From Bacillota bacterium (GTDB taxonomy: Bacteria > Bacillota > Clostridia > Christensenellales > JAEXRW01): a stretch of 32,596 nucleotides of DNA. Both the position numbers and the translations under genes were made by a program. The notes beneath the pieces were generated by a model that was not told the DNA's origin, searched no databases, and was given only the letters and a program-made list of their open reading frames with translations. The DNA lies in assembly GCA_030691525.1 (NCBI GenBank), contig JAUYED010000073.1:1-32596 (forward strand), read 5' to 3'. Shown here one piece after another: positions 9,089-19,178 of this stretch. Positions within the stretch are counted from its first letter, which is position 1. Every line of letters begins with the position of its first letter.

Positions 9089-10036
9089 TCAGTCTTCGCT
9101 CTTCTTTAAGGACAGCCCCAGCTCGGAAAGCTTCTGCGAAACTTCCTCAAGCGATTTGCGCCCAAGGTTGCGCACCTTCATCATGTCTTCTTCGGTGCGC
9201 TGCACCAGCTCTTCCACTGTGTTGATCCCCGCCCTCTTCAGGCAGTTGTACGAGCGGACCGAAAGATCGAGGTCGTCAATGGTCCTATCCAGGATCTCTT
9301 CCTTCTCCTCTTCCCTCTTTTCCTTCATCGTGTCAAGGTCCCGCACGCTCTCGGTGAGTTTGACAAAGAGAGATAGGTGGTCGCTGAGTATCTTGGCAGC
9401 AATGCTTGTGGCTTCCTTGGGGTTGATGGTCCCGTTTGTCCAAATCTCCAGCGTCAGCTTGTCATAGTCTGTGATCTGCCCCACGCGCGTATTCTCTACG
9501 GTGAAATTCACCTTTTTTATCGGCGTAAAGATCGAGTCCAAAGGTATTATCCCGATATCTACATTGAGCTTCATGTTCTGCTCCGCCAGCACGTACCCCC
9601 GCCCTTTTTCAACGGTGACAGAGAGGTTCAATTCCCCGTCATTATTCAAAGTGGCAATGTGAAGGTCGGGGTTGATGATCTCGACCTCGGCGTCTTCAGT
9701 AAAGTCTGCAGCAGTAACCTCGCAGGGGCCCTTGCGGCTGATGGAGATCGTCCTGGTGCCCTCTCCGTAGAGCTTGACCGCCAGCTGTTTGAGGTTGAGG
9801 AGGATGTCTGTTACATCATCCTTGACGCCTTCGATGGTCGTGAACTCATGCAGGACGCTCTCTATCCTCGCCGTCGTTACAGCTGCGCCGGGAAGCGATG
9901 AAAGCAGTATCCTTCGGAGCGAATTGCCCAGTGTCGTCCCGAAACCGCGTTCCAGCGGTTCCACGACGAACTTGCCGTATTTCTCGTCATCCTGGATCTC
10001 TATGCAGGTGATCGTTGGCTTCTCTATTTCTATCAT
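9089..10036 (-). CDS. rpoA: DNA-directed RNA polymerase alpha subunit
   Basis: Reads MIEIEKP...[28 protein letters not shown] and has the C-terminal domain [29 protein letters not shown] is present. Confidence 0.95.
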   Translation of the reverse strand: MIEIEKPTITCIEIQDDEKYGKFVVEPLERGFGTTLGNSLRRILLSSLPGAAVTTARIESVLHEFTTIEGVKDDVTDILLNLKQLAVKLYGEGTRTISISRKGPCEVTAADFTEDAEVEIINPDLHIATLNNDGELNLSVTVEKGRGYVLAEQNMKLNVDIGIIPLDSIFTPIKKVNFTVENTRVGQITDYDKLTLEIWTNGTINPKEATSIAAKILSDHLSLFVKLTESVRDLDTMKEKREEEKEEILDRTIDDLDLSVRSYNCLKRAGINTVEELVQRTEEDMMKVRNLGRKSLEEVSQKLSELGLSLKKSED

Positions 10037-10098
10037 ATATTAAATCCTCCTCCGGTACTTGATAGCTAACGAGGATGAGCCGCTAAACTCCGGCAGCG

Positions 10099-10722
10099 TT
10101 ATCTTGAATAGAGCTCGATGATAAGGTGTTCTGCCAGGGACAGGTCAATATCTTCCCTCTTTGGCAGGGTAAGCACCTTGCCGGTCAGGTTGGCGGCATC
10201 CAGCTCTAACCATTTCGGCAGTACGCCTATGCCTTCTTCTTTCAAACTTTTGAGACGCTCGATATCCTTTGAGCTTTCTTTTATCGTTATCATGTCGCCC
10301 GCTTTTACGAGACAGGACGGCATATTCACCCTTTCACCATTGACGAGGATGTGGTTATGACGCACGAACTGCCTTGCCTGCGGCCGGGAATCGGCGAACC
10401 CCAGACGGTATACCACATTATCCAGCCGGCGCTCGAGCAGTTGCAGCAGGTTTTCTCCCGCGACTCCGCGCATGCGCTCGGCCATTTCAAAGTACCTTCT
10501 GAATTGCGCCTCCATGATGCCGTAGGCGCGGCGGCATTTCTGTTTTTCACGAAGCTGCACCCCGTAGTTGGACGGCTTTTTGCGGCTCTGGCCGTGCTGT
10601 CCAGGTGGAGCGGGGCGCTTTACTACAGCGCATTTCTGCGAATAGCAGCGGTCCCCTTTCAAAAACAGCTTGGTGCCTTCCCTGCGGCATAAGCGGCATA
10701 CGGAGTCTGTATATCTTGCCAT
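10099..10722 (-). CDS. rpsD: 30S ribosomal protein S4
   Basis: Starts [31 protein letters not shown], with four N-terminal cysteines. The S4 domain follows. Confidence 0.95.
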   Translation of the reverse strand: MARYTDSVCRLCRREGTKLFLKGDRCYSQKCAVVKRPAPPGQHGQSRKKPSNYGVQLREKQKCRRAYGIMEAQFRRYFEMAERMRGVAGENLLQLLERRLDNVVYRLGFADSRPQARQFVRHNHILVNGERVNMPSCLVKAGDMITIKESSKDIERLKSLKEEGIGVLPKWLELDAANLTGKVLTLPKREDIDLSLAEHLIIELYSR

Positions 10723-10745
10723 TTCTTTATTTTACCTCCACGAAA

Positions 10746-11162
10746 TCATACTCGCCTGCGCTTAGGCGGGCGGCAGCCGTTATGAGGGATGGGAGTGACG
10801 TCTTTTATCAAACTCACTTCCAAACCGGCTGACTGGAGAGCGCGTATCGCGGCTTCCCTGCCCGCGCCCGGGCCTCTCACAAGAACCTCTACGCTCCGGA
10901 GACCGTGCTCCATCGCCGCTCTGGCAGCATTCTCCGCCGCCATCTGCGCTGCAAAAGGAGTGCTCTTTCTCGAGCCCCGAAAACCCAGTTTGCCCGATGT
11001 GCACCAGGAAAGCGTATTCCCGTTCATATCCGTTATGGTGATGATGGTGTTATTGAACGAAGAACGGATATGTACAGCTCCGCGTTCCACGTTCTTTCTT
11101 TCCTTGCGGCGCCTTGTCGTCTTGCGCGTTGCAGATGCAGTTGGTGCTGCGGCTTTAGCCAT
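10746..11162 (-). CDS. rpsK: 30S ribosomal protein S11
   Basis: Contains [18 protein letters not shown]...[14 protein letters not shown] and ends [13 protein letters not shown]. Confidence 0.95.
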   Translation of the reverse strand: MAKAAAPTASATRKTTRRRKERKNVERGAVHIRSSFNNTIITITDMNGNTLSWCTSGKLGFRGSRKSTPFAAQMAAENAARAAMEHGLRSVEVLVRGPGAGREAAIRALQSAGLEVSLIKDVTPIPHNGCRPPKRRRV

Positions 11163-11175
11163 TCATATCCCCTCC

Positions 11176-11547
11176 CTACTTCTTTCCGCGTCCGCCCACG
11201 GTCCTTTTAGGGCCTTTGCGCGTGCGTGCGTTCTGTTTGGTGCTCTGTCCGCGAACAGGCAGCCCGCGGCGGTGGCGTATGCCGCGATAGCACCCTATCT
11301 CGACAAGCCGTTTGATATTCATCGCCACATCGCGCCTCAGATCGCCTTCTACTTTAATGTTTTTATCAATATACTCCCTGAGCTTGCTGATCTCCGTCTC
11401 GGTCAGATCCTTCACGCGAGTGTCTGGGTTCACACCGGTAGCAGAGAGGATCTCGTTCGAGCGCTCGCGCCCTATGCCAAGGATGTATGTCAGCCCTATT
11501 TCCACCCTTTTTTCTTTGGGCAGGTCAACACCTGCAATACGTGCCAT
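11176..11547 (-). CDS. rpsM: 30S ribosomal protein S13
   Basis: Reads [26 protein letters not shown]...[13 protein letters not shown]. Confidence 0.95.
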   Translation of the reverse strand: MARIAGVDLPKEKRVEIGLTYILGIGRERSNEILSATGVNPDTRVKDLTETEISKLREYIDKNIKVEGDLRRDVAMNIKRLVEIGCYRGIRHRRGLPVRGQSTKQNARTRKGPKRTVGGRGKK

Positions 11548-11668
11548 CCTTTCAGCTGCACCTCCAATTATATTTTCTTATAGTTAACATTTATATGCCA
11601 ATTTATACAGTTATAGGTAGATACTCCCATACAGCCGCCTGTATAAACAAACAATCGTATATACTGCT

Positions 11669-11782
11669 TCAGCCCTGCTTCTGCTTATGCTTTGCATTCG
11701 GGCAGATGACCATCACGCGCCCTTTGCGCCGGATGATCTTACACTTTTCACACATTGGTTTAACACTGGGTCTGACTTTCAT
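11669..11782 (-). CDS. rpmJ: 50S ribosomal protein L36 (zinc-binding form)
   Basis: Below the track's size cutoff. Manual translation gives [37 protein letters not shown] (37 aa, C-x2-C-x12-C-x4-H). The ATG is at 11782, the TGA at 11671-11669, and a GGAGG lies upstream. Confidence 0.93.
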   Translation of the reverse strand: MKVRPSVKPMCEKCKIIRRKGRVMVICPNAKHKQKQG

Positions 11783-11836
11783 AAATTTAACTCGCCTCCA
11801 TAACTTTGCCGCGCCTTTTCATGATTTTGACGCTTT

Positions 11837-12058
11837 TCAACCCTTGGCGCGCCACACGATGCGTCCGCGCGTCAAATCGTAGGGAGAAAGCTCGATAGTA
11901 ACCTTGTCGCCCGGAAGAATCCGAATGAAGTTCATGCGGAGCTTGCCGGAGATATGCGCCAGGATCTTATGGCCGTTCTCCAGCTGCACCTGGAACATGG
12001 CGTTGGGGAATGACTCCACAACGGTGCCTTCTACTTCAACGACATCCTGCTTCGACAA
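11837..12058 (-). CDS. infA: translation initiation factor IF-1
   Basis: Reads [53 protein letters not shown]. The start codon is TTG at 12058, 5 nt after AAGGAGGG. Confidence 0.93.
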   Translation of the reverse strand: MSKQDVVEVEGTVVESFPNAMFQVQLENGHKILAHISGKLRMNFIRILPGDKVTIELSPYDLTRGRIVWRAKG

Positions 12059-12070
12059 GTTATCCCTCCT

Positions 12071-12361
12071 TCAATCCAATTCCTTGCCTTGATACCCCAG
12101 CCCTTGCAGGGCGGAGTAAACCTCGCTGTCAAAAACTTTTTTCCCGCTCTCTAATTTTTCCTTTATCTGCTCCAGCACTTCCGGCTTTAAGTCCAAGTGC
12201 TTCAGCTTCTTCTTTTTCGGCGCCTTGAGCCGCCTCTGCGATCCATCCGCTATCATGACGTGCGCTTCATCAATAAGGCCGCATATGATGAAGTACCTGC
12301 CTCTGTCCCTGCCGGCTTTACTCAGCACTACACGGCCAAGTTGAACCGTCAAGTCCTTCAA
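12071..12361 (-). CDS. small KOW-domain (L14e-like) putative RNA-binding protein
   Basis: 96 aa. It has an N-terminal GRVVLSKAGRDRGRYFII KOW-like motif and a lysine-rich centre (KAPKKKKLKHL). A TTG start at 12361 follows GGAAGGAG. It sits between map and infA. Confidence 0.7.
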   Translation of the reverse strand: MKDLTVQLGRVVLSKAGRDRGRYFIICGLIDEAHVMIADGSQRRLKAPKKKKLKHLDLKPEVLEQIKEKLESGKKVFDSEVYSALQGLGYQGKELD

Positions 12362-12393
12362 TCTGAAGCAACTCCTTCCTGTTTGAGACCCTT

Positions 12394-13143
12394 TCAGGGC
12401 AGTGTGAGTATCTCGGGCTCTCCATCTGTGATGGCAACGGTATGCTCATAGTGGGAGGATTTGCTCCCGTCCGCTACGACTACCGTCCACCCGTCGCCCT
12501 GTACCTTTACCTCGCACTTTCCTGCGCTGAGCATGGGCTCTATTGCCAGCGTCATGCCTTCTTTGAGCCGAATGCCCCTGCCCGCGTTCCCGAAGTTTGG
12601 TACGTTCGGCTCCTCGTGCAGCGTCCTTCCGATGCCGTGCCCGACCAGCTCCCTGACCACGGTGCAGCCCTCGCGGGCCGCGGCAGCTTCGATCGCCGCC
12701 GAAATATCCCCCATCCTCATGCCTTCCCTTGCGTACTTCAGCCCTTCCTGAAAGCTTTTCTTGGCTGCGAGCACCAGTTTGGCGTCTTCTCCGGAAATCC
12801 TGCCTACTGCAAAGGTGTCCGCTATATCTGCATGCCAACCCTCCAGGCAGACCCCGACGTCTATACTGACGATGTCTCCCTCGGCCAGCCGTATCCTCCT
12901 GCTGGGGATCCCGTGCACCACTTCTGAATTGATGGAGGCGCATATGCTCTTCGGGAAGCCGTTATAGCCCTTGAATGAGGGCTTTGCGCCGCTACAGGTG
13001 ATGATGCGTTCGGCGGCCTTATCAAGTTCAAGGGTGCTCACCCCTGGACGGATCATCGCTCCAAGTTCAATGAGGACTCTCGCTGCTATAGCTCCGGCCT
13101 TACGCATCTTAAGGATTTCATCGCGGCTTTTGAGGGTGATCAT
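12394..13143 (-). CDS. map: type I methionine aminopeptidase
   Basis: Contains FKGYNGFP...VVHGIP...DxxxD, HxxxxxE and E metal-ligand contexts. It shares an ATGA start/stop overlap with adk. Confidence 0.93.
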   Translation of the reverse strand: MITLKSRDEILKMRKAGAIAARVLIELGAMIRPGVSTLELDKAAERIITCSGAKPSFKGYNGFPKSICASINSEVVHGIPSRRIRLAEGDIVSIDVGVCLEGWHADIADTFAVGRISGEDAKLVLAAKKSFQEGLKYAREGMRMGDISAAIEAAAAREGCTVVRELVGHGIGRTLHEEPNVPNFGNAGRGIRLKEGMTLAIEPMLSAGKCEVKVQGDGWTVVVADGSKSSHYEHTVAITDGEPEILTLP

Positions 13144-13769
13144 CTATTTTTCAACTTCTCCAGTATAGCGCTTATCTTCATGAACCCGTATTCGATGCTG
13201 ATGGACCCGTCAACGCTGTGGAGTATCCCTCTGGCAGCATAGTAATCAACCAAGGGCGCTGTTTGGGATAAATATGTATCCAGCCGTTTTTTGACGGTTT
13301 CAGGGTTGTCATCCGGCCGTTGGACGAGCTCCCCTCCGCATGCACGGCAGATCTTCGGATCATCCCGCGAGATATGGTATGTGCCCCCGCACGCCGGGCA
13401 GACCCTCCTGCCGCATATGCGCGTCATTATCACATCCTCGGGAACAGTCAGATTGATCACTGCGTCCACCTTCGCGCGTTTGTCCAGCGCCTCTGCCTGG
13501 GCTACCGTTCTCGGAAAGCCGTCCAGCAGCATCCCCTTTTGGCCCAGCCCATCGAAACGTTCCATGATCATGGCGATTATCAAATCATCGGGCACCAGCT
13601 GGCCGGATTGCATGTATCCCTGCGCCCTCCTGCCCAGCTCCGTACCTTTTGCCATCTCCGCCCTTAGCATATCCCCTGTCGATATATGCTGCAGCCCGTA
13701 TGCTTTTGCTATTTTGATTGCCTGGGTGCCTTTTCCTGCACCCGGCGCCCCCAGCAAGATGATATTCAT
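13140..13769 (-). CDS. adk: adenylate kinase (Cys4 zinc lid)
   Basis: Reads MNIILLGAPGAGKGTQA, and the lid is CPACGGTYH...CRACGG. The in-frame ATG at 13793 (8 aa longer) is an alternative start. I chose 13769 on the family N-terminus. Confidence 0.9.
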   Translation of the reverse strand: MNIILLGAPGAGKGTQAIKIAKAYGLQHISTGDMLRAEMAKGTELGRRAQGYMQSGQLVPDDLIIAMIMERFDGLGQKGMLLDGFPRTVAQAEALDKRAKVDAVINLTVPEDVIMTRICGRRVCPACGGTYHISRDDPKICRACGGELVQRPDDNPETVKKRLDTYLSQTAPLVDYYAARGILHSVDGSISIEYGFMKISAILEKLKNR

Positions 13770-13795
13770 CAAAACTTCGGATACACCTTCCATCT

Positions 13796-15067
13796 TTATT
13801 TCAGGAACCCTTTGTAATGCCTCATCAGCATCTGCGCTTCCAGCTGTTTATTGGTTTCAAGCGCTACGCTCACCATGATCAGAAGGCCGGTAGCGCTGAA
13901 GGCCAGCTGCTGTGCGCCTCCCGAAACGATGGCAAACAATATCGGGATAGCGGCGATAAGCGCAAGGAATACGGCCCCGAAGAACGTGATACGCGAATTT
14001 ATCTTTTGCAGGTAATCAGACGTCGGTTTCCCCGGGCGGATGCCTGGAACGAAGCCGCCGTACTGCTGAAGGTTTTTGGCTACGTCTATCGGGTTAAACT
14101 GTACCGCCGCATAGAAGTAGGTAAAGCCGAATATCAGGACCGCATAAAGCGCCAGATGCAGCCATGTTCCCGAGATAAGGTTTTGCGACATCCAGAGCGA
14201 GGCATCGCTTTTCGGAAATAAATTGGCGATCATCACAGGAAACTGCAGCAGCACCATAGCAAAGATGATGGGCAGCACGCCCGAAGCGTTTACACGGATG
14301 GGGATATGCGTGCTCTGTCCGCCGTACATCTTGCGTCCTACCACGCGCTTGGCATACTGTACAGGCACCCTTCTCTGCCCGAGGTCCACAAAGACGACGA
14401 CGGCAATCAATGCAAGCGCAAACAGGAATATGATGATGGCCACCCAGAAGTTGGTCTGCCCCTCGATAACGCTTTGGATCAGTTCAATGGCCGAGGGGAT
14501 AAGCCGTGCAACGATGCCCACGAAGATGATCAGCGAGATGCCGCTTCCTACGCCTTTCTCGGTGATCCGTTCGCCCAGCCACATGGTCAGCATGCCGCCT
14601 GCAGTCAGGGTTATGATGATGACCGCATAAGTAAGCATGCTGTTGTCAAGCAGCGCATTTTTCGATTGGAGCATGATGATCATCCCGATGGCCTGCACTA
14701 TCGATAACCCTACGGTGGCATACCTTGTGATGGTAGCGACTTTTTTTCTTCCTTCTTCGCCGCCCTCTTTCATCAGTTTCTCCAGCGGCTTGATGGCCAC
14801 CTGGAGAAGCTGCATCACGATAGATGCCGTGATGTAGGGCGATATCCCCAGGGCAAAGAATGAAAAGTTTTTCAGCCCGCCTCCGGTGAAAAGGTCAATA
14901 AAGCCGAAAAACCCGCCGCCTTCGACCGCGGATTTAACAGCGTTGATGTCAACTCCGGGTATACAGATAAATGTACCTATCCTGAAAATCAGCAGGATCA
15001 TCAGGGTGTAGAGGATCTTTTTGCGAAGTTCGGGTATCCTCCACGCATTGGCTATGGTTTTGAACAT
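13796..15067 (-). CDS. secY: preprotein translocase subunit SecY
   Basis: A 423-aa polytopic membrane protein with typical SecY motifs (GISPYITASI, GxGISLIIF). It is in the expected position between rplO and adk. Confidence 0.95.
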   Translation of the reverse strand: MFKTIANAWRIPELRKKILYTLMILLIFRIGTFICIPGVDINAVKSAVEGGGFFGFIDLFTGGGLKNFSFFALGISPYITASIVMQLLQVAIKPLEKLMKEGGEEGRKKVATITRYATVGLSIVQAIGMIIMLQSKNALLDNSMLTYAVIIITLTAGGMLTMWLGERITEKGVGSGISLIIFVGIVARLIPSAIELIQSVIEGQTNFWVAIIIFLFALALIAVVVFVDLGQRRVPVQYAKRVVGRKMYGGQSTHIPIRVNASGVLPIIFAMVLLQFPVMIANLFPKSDASLWMSQNLISGTWLHLALYAVLIFGFTYFYAAVQFNPIDVAKNLQQYGGFVPGIRPGKPTSDYLQKINSRITFFGAVFLALIAAIPILFAIVSGGAQQLAFSATGLLIMVSVALETNKQLEAQMLMRHYKGFLK

Positions 15068-15510
15068 CAGGAAATCACCTCAACGCTTCCGCCAGCTTTC
15101 TCGATCTTCTTGCGCGCAGCCTCAGATATTTTATGGGCTTTGACTGTAAGCTTTTTTGTCAGCTCGCCGTTGCCAAGTATCTTGATGCCGTTCCCCATTT
15201 TCCTTACGATGCGCTTTTCCATCAGCAGCTCGGGTGTTACCGTCGTACCGTTCTCCAGCTTATCCAGCGTGGCTACATTGACTATAGCATACGTCTTTGC
15301 AAATATATTGGTAAAGCCGCGTTTGGGGAGCCGGCGCACCAGCGGCATCTGGCCGCCTTCGAACCCCGGACGAACCCCGCCGCCGCTCCTTGCTTTCTGG
15401 CCTTTGTGCCCCCTGCCGGAAGTCTTGCCCAGCCCCGAGCCGGGACCTCTGCCTACGCGCCGCGGCCTGCGTGTGCTGCCTTTAGCCGGCGTCAGCTCAT
15501 GTAATTTCAT
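15067..15510 (-). CDS. rplO: 50S ribosomal protein L15
   Basis: Reads [43 protein letters not shown]. Confidence 0.95.
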   Translation of the reverse strand: MKLHELTPAKGSTRRPRRVGRGPGSGLGKTSGRGHKGQKARSGGGVRPGFEGGQMPLVRRLPKRGFTNIFAKTYAIVNVATLDKLENGTTVTPELLMEKRIVRKMGNGIKILGNGELTKKLTVKAHKISEAARKKIEKAGGSVEVIS

Positions 15511-15530
15511 AGTACGTCAACCTCCAGCAC

Positions 15531-15710
15531 TCAGATTTCTTCCACCTTCAAAAGGTGTTTGACCCTGAAAATCATACCGCGGATAGAGGAATTATCCTCA
15601 TGCTCAGCGGTATGCCCTATCTTTTTGAGCCCAAGCGCAGCAACGGTGCCCTTTTGAACATCCGTGCAGCCAATGGTGCTCTTCACAAGCGTTATTCTCA
15701 GTTTTCCCAT
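15531..15710 (-). CDS. rpmD: 50S ribosomal protein L30
   Basis: Below the track cutoff. Manual translation gives MGKLRITLVKSTIGCTDVQKGTVAALGLKKIGHTAEHEDNSSIRGMIFRVKHLLKVEEI* (59 aa). The ATG is at 15710 and the TGA at 15533-15531. Confidence 0.9.
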   Translation of the reverse strand: MGKLRITLVKSTIGCTDVQKGTVAALGLKKIGHTAEHEDNSSIRGMIFRVKHLLKVEEI

Positions 15711-15725
15711 CGCAAGCCACCCCTT

Positions 15726-16226
15726 TTATCCCAGCAGTTCCTCAACTTTTTTGCCGCGCATCCGCGCTATGTCCTCGGCTGTTTTGAGGAGTTTAAGCCC
15801 CTCTATCGTGGCTTTGACGCAATTTGAAGGATTGTTGGACCCATAGCTTTTTGTGCGGATATCTTTCACGCCGGCCATTTCCAGCACTGCGCGGACAGCA
15901 CCGCCAGCAATAACGCCTGTACCTTCGGGTGCGGGAAGGAGCAGGACATGCCCCTTGCCGAATCTTCCTACCGCTTCATGCGGGATGGTCGTCCCTACGA
16001 TGGGGACGCATATCAAATTGCGCTTTGCCTTCTCCACTCCCTTGCGCACGGCTTCGGGTATCTCCGTCGCCTTGCCCATGCCGACGCCTACATGGCCGCT
16101 TTCATCGCCCACTACAACCAGCGCGCTGAAGCGGAAGTTCCGCCCGCCTTTGACGACTTTTGCCACGCGGTTGATGGCTACCAGCTTATCTTTCAATTCC
16201 AACCCGATTGCATCTATCCCTGCCAA
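15726..16226 (-). CDS. rpsE: 30S ribosomal protein S5
   Basis: Contains [27 protein letters not shown]. The TTG start at 16226 lies 9 nt after GGAGG. Confidence 0.93.
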   Translation of the reverse strand: MAGIDAIGLELKDKLVAINRVAKVVKGGRNFRFSALVVVGDESGHVGVGMGKATEIPEAVRKGVEKAKRNLICVPIVGTTIPHEAVGRFGKGHVLLLPAPEGTGVIAGGAVRAVLEMAGVKDIRTKSYGSNNPSNCVKATIEGLKLLKTAEDIARMRGKKVEELLG

Positions 16227-16244
16227 CTTTTTTTACCTCCAGTA

Positions 16245-16613
16245 TCAGAATTCCAGCCCGGCTTCGCGGGCGCCTGCGGCTACTTCCGCTATGCGGCCGG
16301 TATAAAGGTAGCCGCCCCTGTCGAATACCACTCTGGTTATGCCCTTTTCGAGCGCTTTTTTTGCCACCGTTTCGCCTACGAGCTTTGCAGCGGCCTTTTT
16401 CGTGAGCCCTCCAAGCTTTGGCTTCAGCTCTATGTCCAGCGTAGATGCGGCAACAAGGGTGTGTCCTGCCCTATCGTCTATCACCTGGGCGTAGATATTA
16501 TTCAAGCTGCGATAGATATTCAGCCGCGGGCGCTCAGGCGTCCCCGATATTCTGTATCTCATACGTATATGGCGCGCTTTGCGTACGGTGTTTTTATTTT
16601 CCCTGATGATCAC
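16245..16613 (-). CDS. rplR: 50S ribosomal protein L18
   Basis: Contains [37 protein letters not shown]. It starts with GTG at 16613. Confidence 0.93.
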   Translation of the reverse strand: MIIRENKNTVRKARHIRMRYRISGTPERPRLNIYRSLNNIYAQVIDDRAGHTLVAASTLDIELKPKLGGLTKKAAAKLVGETVAKKALEKGITRVVFDRGGYLYTGRIAEVAAGAREAGLEF

Positions 16614-16634
16614 TTTTCTTGGGGCACCCCTCTC

Positions 16635-17177
16635 TTATTTCTTGGCTGTTTTGCCTTCCTTGTGCGGGACATATTCGTTTTCGTATCGGATACCCTTGCC
16701 CTTATAGGGCTCAGGCCCGCGAACATCGCGGATCTTTGCAGCTATAGCGCCTACCAGCTGTTTGTCAATGCCTTTGACGATGACCTTGTCCTGTGCAGGC
16801 ACTTCGAACATGATGCCCTGTGGCTGCTTGATCTCCACGGGATGCGAATATCCAACATTGAGCACCAGTTTGCCGCCCGACATCTGAGCCTTGTACCCTA
16901 TGCCGATGATCTGCAGACGCTTTTCAAAGCCCTTCGTCACGCCATGGACCATATTGGCGATAAGCGAACGGGAAAGCCCGTGCAGGGCGGTGTGCATTTT
17001 CTCGTCGGACGGGCGCTCTACTTTCAGGGCTTCTCCATCTATGTTAACTTTCATATCAGCGTGTATCTTCTGGCTCAATTCACCCTTGGGGCCTTTGACG
17101 TGTACGGTATTACCCTCATCTATCGTCACTGTGACGCCCGCGGGTATCGCAACCGGAAGCTTACCTATCCTTGACAT
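16635..17177 (-). CDS. rplF: 50S ribosomal protein L6
   Basis: Reads [17 protein letters not shown]...GYSHPVE...[10 protein letters not shown]. Confidence 0.95.
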   Translation of the reverse strand: MSRIGKLPVAIPAGVTVTIDEGNTVHVKGPKGELSQKIHADMKVNIDGEALKVERPSDEKMHTALHGLSRSLIANMVHGVTKGFEKRLQIIGIGYKAQMSGGKLVLNVGYSHPVEIKQPQGIMFEVPAQDKVIVKGIDKQLVGAIAAKIRDVRGPEPYKGKGIRYENEYVPHKEGKTAKK

Positions 17178-17208
17178 AAAACTCTTACCTCCAAATTTCC
17201 TTTAGCGG

Positions 17209-17604
17209 CTACCAGATGTAAGCCAGCACTTCGCCGCCGATAGAATTCTTTCTGGCCTCCCTGTCCGTCATGACCCCTTTGGGCGTGGAAATGATGGCAA
17301 TGCCAAGCCCGCCTAAAACCTTGGGTACCTCATCCTTGCAGGCATAGACGCGAAGGCCGGGCCTGGAGATGCGCTTCAGCCCCTGTATGACGCTTTCCTT
17401 CTTGGGCCCGTACTTGAGGGAAATCTTGAGCTTACCCTGAAGTCCATCGTCTATATATTCATAGCCCTTGATCAATCCTTCGCTCAGAAGGATCTGGGTG
17501 ATGGATTTCTTCATATTGGAGGCCGGAACCTCTAAAGTTTCATGCTTTGCTACGAGCGCATTGCGGATGCGCGTAAGCATATCTGCAATCGGGTCTGTGA
17601 CCAT
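17209..17604 (-). CDS. rpsH: 30S ribosomal protein S8
   Basis: Reads [16 protein letters not shown] and ends GGEVLAYIW. Confidence 0.95.
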   Translation of the reverse strand: MVTDPIADMLTRIRNALVAKHETLEVPASNMKKSITQILLSEGLIKGYEYIDDGLQGKLKISLKYGPKKESVIQGLKRISRPGLRVYACKDEVPKVLGGLGIAIISTPKGVMTDREARKNSIGGEVLAYIW

Positions 17605-17630
17605 CTTGCTTGAACCTCCTTATCTATCGC

Positions 17631-17816
17631 TCACCAGCTGGCCTTCTTGACGCCGGGTATCTGTCCGCGGTATGCAAGCATCCTGAAGCAGATGCGGCAA
17701 ACGCCATATTTGCGGAGCACTGAATGAGGGCGCCCGCAGATACGGCAGCGCGTATATGCACGGGTGCTGAATTTTGCGGGTCTTTGCTGCCTTACTTTCA
17801 AACTTGTTTTGGCCAA
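17631..17816 (-). CDS. rpsZ: 30S ribosomal protein S14 type Z (zinc-binding, 61 aa)
   Basis: Reads [12 protein letters not shown]...[22 protein letters not shown]...KASW. The TTG start at 17816 lies 9 nt after GGGAGGG. Confidence 0.93.
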   Translation of the reverse strand: MAKTSLKVRQQRPAKFSTRAYTRCRICGRPHSVLRKYGVCRICFRMLAYRGQIPGVKKASW

Positions 17817-17836
17817 TTCATGCGTCCCTCCCTATA

Positions 17837-18397
17837 TTAGGACTGGCTGAACGGCATGCCGAGGAGGCCGAGAAGCTCTCTTGCCTCTTCATCATTTTTT
17901 GCCGTGGTGACAAATATGATGTCCAGTCCGCGTATCTTTTCCACCTTGTCGTAATCAATCTCGGGGAATATCAGCTGCTCTTTGATGCCCATCGCGAAAT
18001 CACCCCTGCCGTCAAACGCTTTGGGGGATACGCCGCGGAAGTCCCGCACGCGCGGCAGCGCTATATTGAACAGCTTATCGGCAAATTCGTACATCCTTGC
18101 GCTGCGGAGCGTGACCTTGGCGCCTACCTTCATGCCCGAGCGCACCTTGAAGTTGGCGACCGACTTGCGCGCCCTGGTCACCACGGGCTTCTGCCCGGAT
18201 ATGACGGCCAGTTCACTTACGGCGCCTTCAAACTTTTTGTCGTCATCTTTGGCGTCCCCGAGCCCCGCATTCAAAACGATCTTCTCCAGCCGGGGAACCT
18301 GGTTGACGTTCTTATACCCGAATTTCTGCATGAGGGCAGGTACGGCTTCCTCTTGATATTTCAGTTTCAGCCGGGGTACGTACGCTTTTTTTTCCAT
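17837..18397 (-). CDS. rplE: 50S ribosomal protein L5
   Basis: Contains [10 protein letters not shown]...[18 protein letters not shown]...LRSARMYEF. Confidence 0.95.
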   Translation of the reverse strand: MEKKAYVPRLKLKYQEEAVPALMQKFGYKNVNQVPRLEKIVLNAGLGDAKDDDKKFEGAVSELAVISGQKPVVTRARKSVANFKVRSGMKVGAKVTLRSARMYEFADKLFNIALPRVRDFRGVSPKAFDGRGDFAMGIKEQLIFPEIDYDKVEKIRGLDIIFVTTAKNDEEARELLGLLGMPFSQS

Positions 18398-18422
18398 TCA
18401 AGATGTCCTCCCTTCATGCCCT

Positions 18423-18749
18423 CTAATCAAGCCGCGCGCCGCACTTTTTGCAGGTGCGGTGCTTCTTGCCCGCATTATCTATTTCATGCCCCACGCGGGC
18501 CGCTTTGTGGCACTTGGGGCAAAGAGCCATGACATTGCTGGCATTTATCGCAGCTTCCTGCTTCAGCCGGCCGCCGCGCTTTCCCTGCCCGCGGGGCTTG
18601 GTATGGCGGAGGACGACATTGACACCCTCTACGACGACCCTGTCTTCGGACGGTATGGACTTTAGGATCTTGCCTTTTTTGCCCTTGTCCTTGCCCGAAA
18701 TGACTACGACCATATCGTCTTTTCTCACGTGCAGATTCTTTACAGCCAT
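18423..18749 (-). CDS. rplX: 50S ribosomal protein L24 (Cys4 C-terminal variant)
   Basis: Has the KOW motif HVRKDDMVVVISGKDKGKKGKIL. The track start at 18764 is a GTG inside the SD AAGGAGGTG, so I used the ATG at 18749. The C-terminus carries CPKCH...CKKCG. Confidence 0.92.
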   Translation of the reverse strand: MAVKNLHVRKDDMVVVISGKDKGKKGKILKSIPSEDRVVVEGVNVVLRHTKPRGQGKRGGRLKQEAAINASNVMALCPKCHKAARVGHEIDNAGKKHRTCKKCGARLD

Positions 18750-18768
18750 TTTATTTTTCTGCACCTCC

Positions 18769-19137
18769 TTACAAGACTTCGGGAGCGAGGGAAACTATCT
18801 TCATGTAATCCTTCTCACGAAGCTCCCTTGCTACCGGTCCGAATATGCGGGTGCCCCTGGGCTGCTTGTCGCTCGTAATGATGACAGCAGCATTGTCGTC
18901 AAACCTGATATGCGACCCGTCGGCGCGCCGGACGCCCTTCACCGAGCGTACGATGACAGCCATCACGACTTCCTTCTTTTTGACCACTCCACCGGGGGCG
19001 GCGGTCTTTACCGACGCTATGATCACATCGCCTATATTGGCTGACCGGTGAAATGAGCCGCCCAGCACCCTGATGCACTGGATCACTTTCGCACCGGTAT
19101 TGTCGGCCACTTTCAACCGGGTTTGCGGCTGAATCAT
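18769..19137 (-). CDS. rplN: 50S ribosomal protein L14
   Basis: Starts [27 protein letters not shown]. Confidence 0.95.
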   Translation of the reverse strand: MIQPQTRLKVADNTGAKVIQCIRVLGGSFHRSANIGDVIIASVKTAAPGGVVKKKEVVMAVIVRSVKGVRRADGSHIRFDDNAAVIITSDKQPRGTRIFGPVARELREKDYMKIVSLAPEVL

Positions 19138-19178
19138 GGCTTAACCCTCCTTATCGTCTGCCAAACCTTTGCCTTGCT

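Noticed and set aside
11548-11668. The 121-nt A/T-rich gap between rpmJ and rpsM, examined for an internal promoter, a small ORF or a terminator.
   Set aside because: It contains only a TATAAT hexamer without an acceptable -35, a 20-codon ORF without an SD, and a weak 6-bp hairpin. Nothing here is supportable.
12446-12943. A 165-aa Arg/Gly-rich minus-strand ORF inside map in another frame.
   Set aside because: It is an alternative frame of a conserved gene and its composition is typical of an off-frame GC-rich translation.
15948-17174. A 408-aa plus-strand ORF running antisense to rpsE, rplR and rplF.
   Set aside because: It is a shadow ORF opposite strongly codon-biased genes. It crosses two intergenic gaps, has no SD, and its product is low-complexity (A/P/R/F-rich) with no recognisable motif.
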